Source: Anaeromyxobacter sp. (GTDB taxonomy: Bacteria; Myxococcota; Myxococcia; Myxococcales; Anaeromyxobacteraceae). Taken from it: a DNA stretch of 64,000 bases. Positions 55,160-64,000 of the stretch are shown piece after piece. Within the stretch, counting starts at the first letter, position 1; each line of letters begins with the position of its first letter. The notes below the pieces were generated by a model, which did no database searches, was not told where the DNA came from, and saw nothing but the letters and a program-made list of their open reading frames with translations. The DNA is taken from positions 320,001-384,000 of the forward strand of contig JASGJN010000026.1 in NCBI GenBank assembly GCA_049840735.1, written 5' to 3'. Made by a program: the position numbers and the translations under genes.

Positions 55160-56233
55160 TCACCACAGGCGCGGCCAGGGCGCGGCCCACACCGCCACGG
55201 CGGTGGCCAGCGCCAGCGCCAGCACCAGCCCCACGCGCCAGCCACGTCTGCGGACCGGGACCTGGAAGTCGGCGCCGACCGCCTGCAAGGTGTGCACGTC
55301 GGCCAGGCGCGTGGCCGCCAGCGTCTCGAAGTCCAGGCGGGAGAGGGCCAGCTCCTCGGTGGCGAAGCCGCGGTTGGCCAGGAGCGCCACCATGCGGCTG
55401 CGCGGGTGGATCCGGCGCAGGAGCCGCGAGGCGGCCGCGTCGAGGGCCCGCGCCAGCTCGCCGGCCGACTTCCAGCGCTTCTCCGGCCGCCGGGCCAGGC
55501 AGCGCTCCACGATCCGCGCCACGCGGCGCGGGCAGTCCGGCGCCAGGCTGCGGAGGCGCCGGTGGCGGCCGCGGCGGATGAGCGCGAACAGCTCGTCGGC
55601 GCTGCCGCCGCGGAACGGCTTCTCGCCGGTGAGCAGCTCGTAGAGGGTCACGCCCAGCGCCCAGATGTCCGCCGCCGGGCCGGCCTCCTCGCCGCCCAGC
55701 ACCTCCGGCGCCATGTACGAGGGGCTGCCGACCAGCATGCCCACCCGCGTGAGCGAGGGATCGTCCGTGCCCTTGGCGATCCCGAAGTCCATCAGCTTCA
55801 CCTCGCCGTCGCGCGAGAGCATCACGTTGGCGGGCTTCACGTCGCGGTGGAGCAGCGCGTTGAAGTGGACGTAGTCGAGCGCCCCGGCCACGCGGGCGCC
55901 GATCACGGCCGCGCACTCGGCCGGGATGGCGCCGCCCTGCTGCAGCAGCTTGGCGAGGTCCGTCCCGTCCACGAACTCGGTGACCAGGAAGACCTGCTCG
56001 TCCTTCTCCACCAGGTCGTAGACCGCCACGATGGCCTCGTGGCGCAGCCGCGCGTAGATGCTCCCCTCGCGGCGGAAGCGCTGCAGGACCTCCTTCGAGC
56101 GGACGAGCTTCTGGTCGAGCGCCTTCACGGCCACCGGGCGCTCCAGGCCTTCCTGGAACGCCTCGTAGACCACGCCCATGCCGCCGCGCCCGATCTCACG
56201 GACGATCCGGCTCGTACCGACCTTTCGGACCAT
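55160..56233 (-). CDS. Hanks-type Ser/Thr protein kinase with C-terminal TM
   Basis: IGRGGMG, VAVK, HRDVKPAN, DFG and YMAPE motifs. Confidence 0.93.
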   Translation of the reverse strand: MVRKVGTSRIVREIGRGGMGVVYEAFQEGLERPVAVKALDQKLVRSKEVLQRFRREGSIYARLRHEAIVAVYDLVEKDEQVFLVTEFVDGTDLAKLLQQGGAIPAECAAVIGARVAGALDYVHFNALLHRDVKPANVMLSRDGEVKLMDFGIAKGTDDPSLTRVGMLVGSPSYMAPEVLGGEEAGPAADIWALGVTLYELLTGEKPFRGGSADELFALIRRGRHRRLRSLAPDCPRRVARIVERCLARRPEKRWKSAGELARALDAAASRLLRRIHPRSRMVALLANRGFATEELALSRLDFETLAATRLADVHTLQAVGADFQVPVRRRGWRVGLVLALALATAVAVWAAPWPRLW

Positions 56234-56291
56234 GCGACTGCGCAGCTTCGCGCAGCGTGGAGGTCATACTCAAGGCGCGTCTGACCTCGAG

Positions 56292-56305
56292 GTGACGTCG
56301 ATCAC
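56292..56305. promoter_or_regulatory. CRP/FNR-family-like palindrome between the kinase and PFOR
   Basis: GTGA-cgtcga-TCAC (GTGA-N6-TCAC). Confidence 0.35.
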
Positions 56306-56559
56306 GTTTTTGCGGCCCTGACGCGCCCGGTCGGAGGGGTGCGCAGGGGGCTGCGGCGGAGCGTGCGTTGGCCGCCAGTGCGATCCTGCTAGACTGCGCC
56401 ACCCCCGGGACGGCTCAGGCGGCGATGTGGGTGGCGTGACGGCGGGGGCCCGAAGGTTGCACATCAGCGCTCGTCCACACTCGAGGACCGCAAGACTTGC
56501 GTCGCGTCCGGGCCTGATCCTGACGCGCCGCGCACCCGCTGCACGGAGGAGATACCGGC

Positions 56560-60150
<3,591 letters not shown>

Positions 60151-60244
60151 CCCTGGTCGGCTGAGCTGGTTCGCGCGGGCCCGGCCGATCGGCCGGGCCC
60201 GCTGTCGTCTGGGCGCGAGCGGCCCGGCTGCGGGGCCCCAGCCT

Positions 60245-60276
60245 CCGTTCGCCTGCGCCTGACGAAGGGCGAACGG
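60245..60276 (+). repeat. Short-form REP-like hairpin
   Basis: ccgttcgcc...ggcgaacgg. Confidence 0.55.
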
Positions 60277-60340
60277 GCTCGGCTGGTCGAGGCCCTCCCC
60301 CGGGGCTCGCCCGCCCGCCCGTCCCGCCGCAGCTTGGGAC

Positions 60341-61712
60341 GTGCGCGCGGCCGCAGATCTCGAGCGGGTCCCGGCCCTGGCCGGGCGGGTCCAGGCGACG
60401 GCCGTCGCCCTCGCCGGGCTGGCCTCGATCGGCGTCGGCTGCGGCGCCGCCTTCAACCTCCCCACCGTGCAGCTCTCGGCGCTGGGGGCGCTGGCGGCGC
60501 TGGTGCTGGCGCGGCTGGCGGGGGCGGCGGTGGCCCGGCCCACGCCGCTCGACGGCGCGCTGTGGCTCCTGGCGGGCTCCATGGCGGTGGCCGCCGCGGT
60601 GGCGGCGCTCACCGGGGTCGCGCCCGGCGACCTCGAGTCGGCCACCCGCTGGAAGCCGCTGGTGGCGCCGCTGGTGCTGGTGCCGGCGCTGGGGCTGGTG
60701 GAGCCCGGCCCGGACGCCCGGGCGCGGGCGTCGCGGCGCGCCGTGGCGGCGATGCTGGCCTGGTGCGTCGCGGCGGCGCTCACGTCGGTGATCGGCGCCG
60801 GCCAGGCGCTCCTGGACGTGGACCTGTGGGCACTGGCGGGCCAGCGCGCGCCGGTGCTGGCCCCGGTCTCCGCTCGCGCCGGGCGTGCCGGCCCCCGGCC
60901 TCCACGCCGCCACCGGCTTCGGCCGGTCCTACATCCAGCTGGCGCACCAGCTGGCCGCGCCCGCCTGGCTGGCGGCGGCGCTGGCCACCGCGCCGCTGGG
61001 GCGCCCGCGGCGGGCCGCGCTGGCGGCCGGCGCCGGGCTGGCCATGGCGGCCACCGCGCTCACCTCCTCGCGCGCCGCCTGGGCGGGGCTGGCGGTCGGG
61101 GCGGTGGTGCTGGCGGCGCTGCTGGGCGGCCGGTGGCTGCGCCGCGGCCTGCCGCTGGCCGCGGTGGCGGTGCTGGCCGCGGCGCTGGCCGCCCCCGGGC
61201 TGCGCGCGCGGCTGGGGAACGCCCTGTCACCTGGCGTGAACGACGACCGCGGCATGATCTGGGCCGTCTGCAAGGCCGCGTGGCGCGAGCACCCGCTGGG
61301 CGTCGGGCCGGCCAACGCGGCCCGCGAGGCCGACCGCTGGTTCGACGCGCTGGCCCCGCAGGCGGAGATCCGCACCGGCTGCCACAGCATGCCGCTGCAG
61401 CTCCTGCTGGAGGGCGGGCCGCTGCTGCTGGCCGCCTGGGCGGGCGCCGCGCTGTGGGTGGCGGCGGCGCTGCTGCGGGCGCGACGCGAGCGCGGGCGGG
61501 CCGGCGACACCCTGGGGCGGGCCGCGGCCGCGGGCGCGCTGGCCGGGCTGGCCGCCTGGGGGGTGAACGGGCTCGTGAACGACCTGCACCGCGAGAGCCG
61601 CGCCGGCTGGGGGCTGGCGCTGACGCTGGCGGTGGCGGCGGTGCTGGCCTGGCCGGAGCGGAGCGCGGCCCGGCGCCTCAGCGCCGGAAGATGGGGATCC
61701 CGAAGACCCTGA
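60341..61712 (+). CDS. O-antigen ligase (Wzy_C) family membrane protein; apparent frameshift at ~60885
   Basis: LTSSRAAW, R..IW, HPLGVG and CHSMPLQLLLEGG motifs; many TM helices across two track ORFs. Confidence 0.75.
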
Positions 61713-61905
61713 CCTGCCCGTCGTGCTGCGGCATCTCCTGGAGGAGCGCCAGCACGCGCGCTGCCTGCCCGGCCTCGATCAGCGCCTGCGGCGTGCCGCC
61801 CAGCCGCGGGCTGTGCAGCTTCAGCCAGCCCTCCACCGCCTGCGGCGTCCGGAACACCTTCAGCGCTGCCGCCTTGATCTGGTCGAGCTCGGGCTCCACG
61901 CCCAC
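61678..61905 (-). CDS. Stand-alone MbcA/ParS/Xre antitoxin C-terminal domain
   Basis: ALKVF..PQAVEGWL...PRLGGTP...G...VLALL. Confidence 0.6.
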   Translation of the reverse strand: MGVEPELDQIKAAALKVFRTPQAVEGWLKLHSPRLGGTPQALIEAGQAARVLALLQEMPQHDGQVRVFGIPIFRR

Positions 61906-62040
61906 AGCCTACGAGAGTTCGTGGATCCGGAACAGCAGCCGTGGGAGGGGCAGGGCCGTGGCGGGGGCGCCCCGCCCAGGAGCGGCGCGAGGGGCGGCTG
62001 GTGGTCTACCCTCCGGGACCAACCCTCAGGAGGCGACCGC

Positions 62041-62439
62041 ATGGCTGGTTACGTGGATGGCTTCGTCCTGCCGCTCCCTCGCAAGTCCATCGAGGCCTAC
62101 CGCCGGCTGGCCGAGCTGGGGGCGAAGGTCTGGATGGAGCACGGCGCGCTCGAGTACCGCGAGTGCGTGGGGGAGGACCTGGCGGTGAAGTTCGGGCTCC
62201 CCTTCCCGCGCGGGCTGAAGGTCGGGCGCGGCGAGACGGTGGTCTTCGCCTGGATCATCTACCGGTCCCGCGCGCACCGGGACCGTGTGACCGCGAAGGT
62301 GATGAAGGACCCGCGCCTCGCCGGCACCGCGTCGCAGATGCCCTTCGACCCGGCCCGGATGCTCTGGGGCGGCTTCGAGGTGCTGGTGCAGGGGAAGCCG
62401 GCGAGGAAGCGGGCGCCCGGCCGCCGCCCGGCGCGCTGA
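62041..62439 (+). CDS. DUF1428 (YbaA-like) protein
   Basis: YVDGFV, WMEHGALEYRECVG and MPFD..RM.WGGF motifs; AGGAGG RBS. Confidence 0.9.
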   Translation: MAGYVDGFVLPLPRKSIEAYRRLAELGAKVWMEHGALEYRECVGEDLAVKFGLPFPRGLKVGRGETVVFAWIIYRSRAHRDRVTAKVMKDPRLAGTASQMPFDPARMLWGGFEVLVQGKPARKRAPGRRPAR

Positions 62440-62561
62440 GCCCGGGCCGGCCGTGACCGGCGCCATCACACGTGACCGGGCCGGCGACGCGCGGGCGCGC
62501 CGGCTCGCCCGCGCCGCCCGGAAGATCGGCGCTGGCGCGCCGCTTCACGCGCAGCGGAGGC

Positions 62562-62577
62562 TGGCACCGGGGTTGCT
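62562..62577 (+). promoter_or_regulatory. Sigma54 (-24/-12) promoter
   Basis: TGGCAC-cgggg-TTGCT, 42 nt upstream of ATG 62620. Confidence 0.65.
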
Positions 62578-62619
62578 TTCTCGTGGGGTGAAGCCGAACC
62601 ACGAAAGGAAGCCACCCCC

Positions 62620-63144
62620 ATGCTCCGCAAGCTCGCCGTCCTCCTCGCCGCCGCCGCGCTCGCCCCCAGCGCCGCCCTGGCCCGCACCCTCCCCGATCCC
62701 GCCGCGCACTGCAGCCTGTGCCGCAGCGCCGTCCACGCCGGCGGCCCCGCCACGCCGGTGCGCTCGGCCTCCGCCTCCCGCGGCGCGCCGCTCGCGCTGG
62801 TGCTGACCGGCGGCCCGGCCACCGACGGCAAGCGCCCCGCCGTCGTCACGGTGAACGCCACCGGCCGCGCGGCGACGCACCCCGGCTGCACCCAGGGCTG
62901 CTGCAGCGCGCACCGCGCCGCCACCAGCACCGACGACGTCCGCGCCCGCGCCTCCTCGTCCGCCGCCGAGCGGCCCGCGCCCCGCGCCGCCACCTCCTCC
63001 GACGAGGCCCGCCGCGCCGCCCCGGCCGCCGCGGTGGCCTCCGGCCCCGCCGCCCCGGCCACCTCCAGCGACGCCGCGCGGGTGACCGCCGCCGCCGCTC
63101 CGCGGTCCGGCGCGATCGACGGCTGCCCCTGCCACACCGCCTGA
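62620..63144 (+). CDS. Secreted Cys/His-rich low-complexity protein
   Basis: Signal peptide, AAGGA RBS; HCSLC, HPGCTQGCCSAH and GCPCH motifs. Confidence 0.55.
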   Translation: MLRKLAVLLAAAALAPSAALARTLPDPAAHCSLCRSAVHAGGPATPVRSASASRGAPLALVLTGGPATDGKRPAVVTVNATGRAATHPGCTQGCCSAHRAATSTDDVRARASSSAAERPAPRAATSSDEARRAAPAAAVASGPAAPATSSDAARVTAAAAPRSGAIDGCPCHTA

Positions 63145-63237
63145 CCGCGCTCACTCATCCGGGGTTCCTGGGCCCCGGGCGAGGCAGCGCCTCTCCTGAG
63201 GCCTGGAGCCCCATGGCGCCGAAAGCCGCTGCCGCCG

Positions 63238-64000
63238 TCAGGCCCAGGGCGCGGCCGCGGCGGCGGGCGCCCCCATCGCGTCGGCCAGCGCCGTCACCTG
63301 CCGCGCCGCCTCCGTCGCCGCGCCGGCCCTCCAAGGGCGCCCGTGGCCGGGCAGCACCCACTCGAACCGGAACGCGGCCAGCCGCGCCATGGAGCGCGCC
63401 TGCTCACCCCAGTCCCACCAGCAGACCGCGCGCGAGGCCTCGAGCCGCCCGGCCGCGTCCGCCCACAGGTGGTCGCCGGTGAACAGGTACCGCTCCCCGG
63501 CCAGCAGCGCGGCCGAGCCGGGCGTGTGACCGGGCACCGGGATCACCGTCAAATCGGACGCCAGCGCCACCGGCGCGGTGCCCTCGATCCGCCGCTCCAC
63601 CCCGCGCGTGCCCGAGGTCACGTCGCGCGCGTGGAGGATCCGCTCGCAACCCAGCGCCTCGCGCCAGCGCGCGTGCTCGGCCACGTCGTCGCGGTGGGTG
63701 AGGAACATCAGCCGCGCGCCGCCCAGCGCCTCGATCCGGCGCAGCAGCGGCCGGGCGAAGCGCGGCGAGTCCACCAGCACGTTCCCCTCCGGGCGCAGCA
63801 GCAGCCAGGCGGTGGCGCCGTAGGACGAGGCGTCGGCGTAGCCGCAGCGGAAGAGCCCCGGGGCGACCTCCACCGGCAGGGAGGCGACTGCCTCGGCCAC
63901 GCCCGCCTTCGAGCGCGAGGCGATGGCGGCCACCGGGCAGGAGACCAGCGCCTGCAGCGCGCGGAGCCGGTCCGCCGGCCCGCGCGGCTGCCGCGCCACG
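63238..64000 (-). CDS. MBL-fold metallo-hydrolase with N-terminal ferredoxin-like domain (5' end outside window)
   Basis: ALVSCP, LTHRDD, PGHTPGS, FTGDHL and VLPGHG motifs. Confidence 0.88.
   Translation of the reverse strand, partial: VARQPRGPADRLRALQALVSCPVAAIASRSKAGVAEAVASLPVEVAPGLFRCGYADASSYGATAWLLLRPEGNVLVDSPRFARPLLRRIEALGGARLMFLTHRDDVAEHARWREALGCERILHARDVTSGTRGVERRIEGTAPVALASDLTVIPVPGHTPGSAALLAGERYLFTGDHLWADAAGRLEASRAVCWWDWGEQARSMARLAAFRFEWVLPGHGRPWRAGAATEAARQVTALADAMGAPAAAAAPWA

Overview
A 64 kb stretch of very GC-rich bacterial chromosome. Gene content and style suggest an Anaeromyxobacter-like myxobacterium (inference). Most of it is ordinary housekeeping, metabolic and envelope genes: aqpZ, an M1 peptidase, amrB/A-amrS, fadH, an RluA-family synthase, ctaA, hflX, a flotillin, proBA-rsfS, a GH13 amylase, a Ser/Thr kinase, PFOR and several secreted lipoproteins. 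The standout is a ~2.3 kb insertion (26625-28940) bounded by imperfect 19-bp terminal inverted repeats and a TA duplication. It carries an unusually long (~660 aa) TnpB-like RuvC/zinc-ribbon nuclease, divergently paired with the C-terminal remnant of an IS5-family (DDE_Tnp_4/Harbinger-like) transposase rather than the usual IS200/IS605 or IS607 TnpA. It sits in the shared CTAG stop codons of two convergent host genes, and all four ORFs end at the junctions. Also notable: a RAYT-like HUH transposase with its own flanking inverted repeats, one of which lies beyond aqpZ; a dispersed REP-like family with covarying hairpins and a 4-unit tandem array; and about 11 small frameshifts, several at GATC-like sites, that are probably long-read errors. 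Product calls come from motif recognition by eye; no database searches were run.
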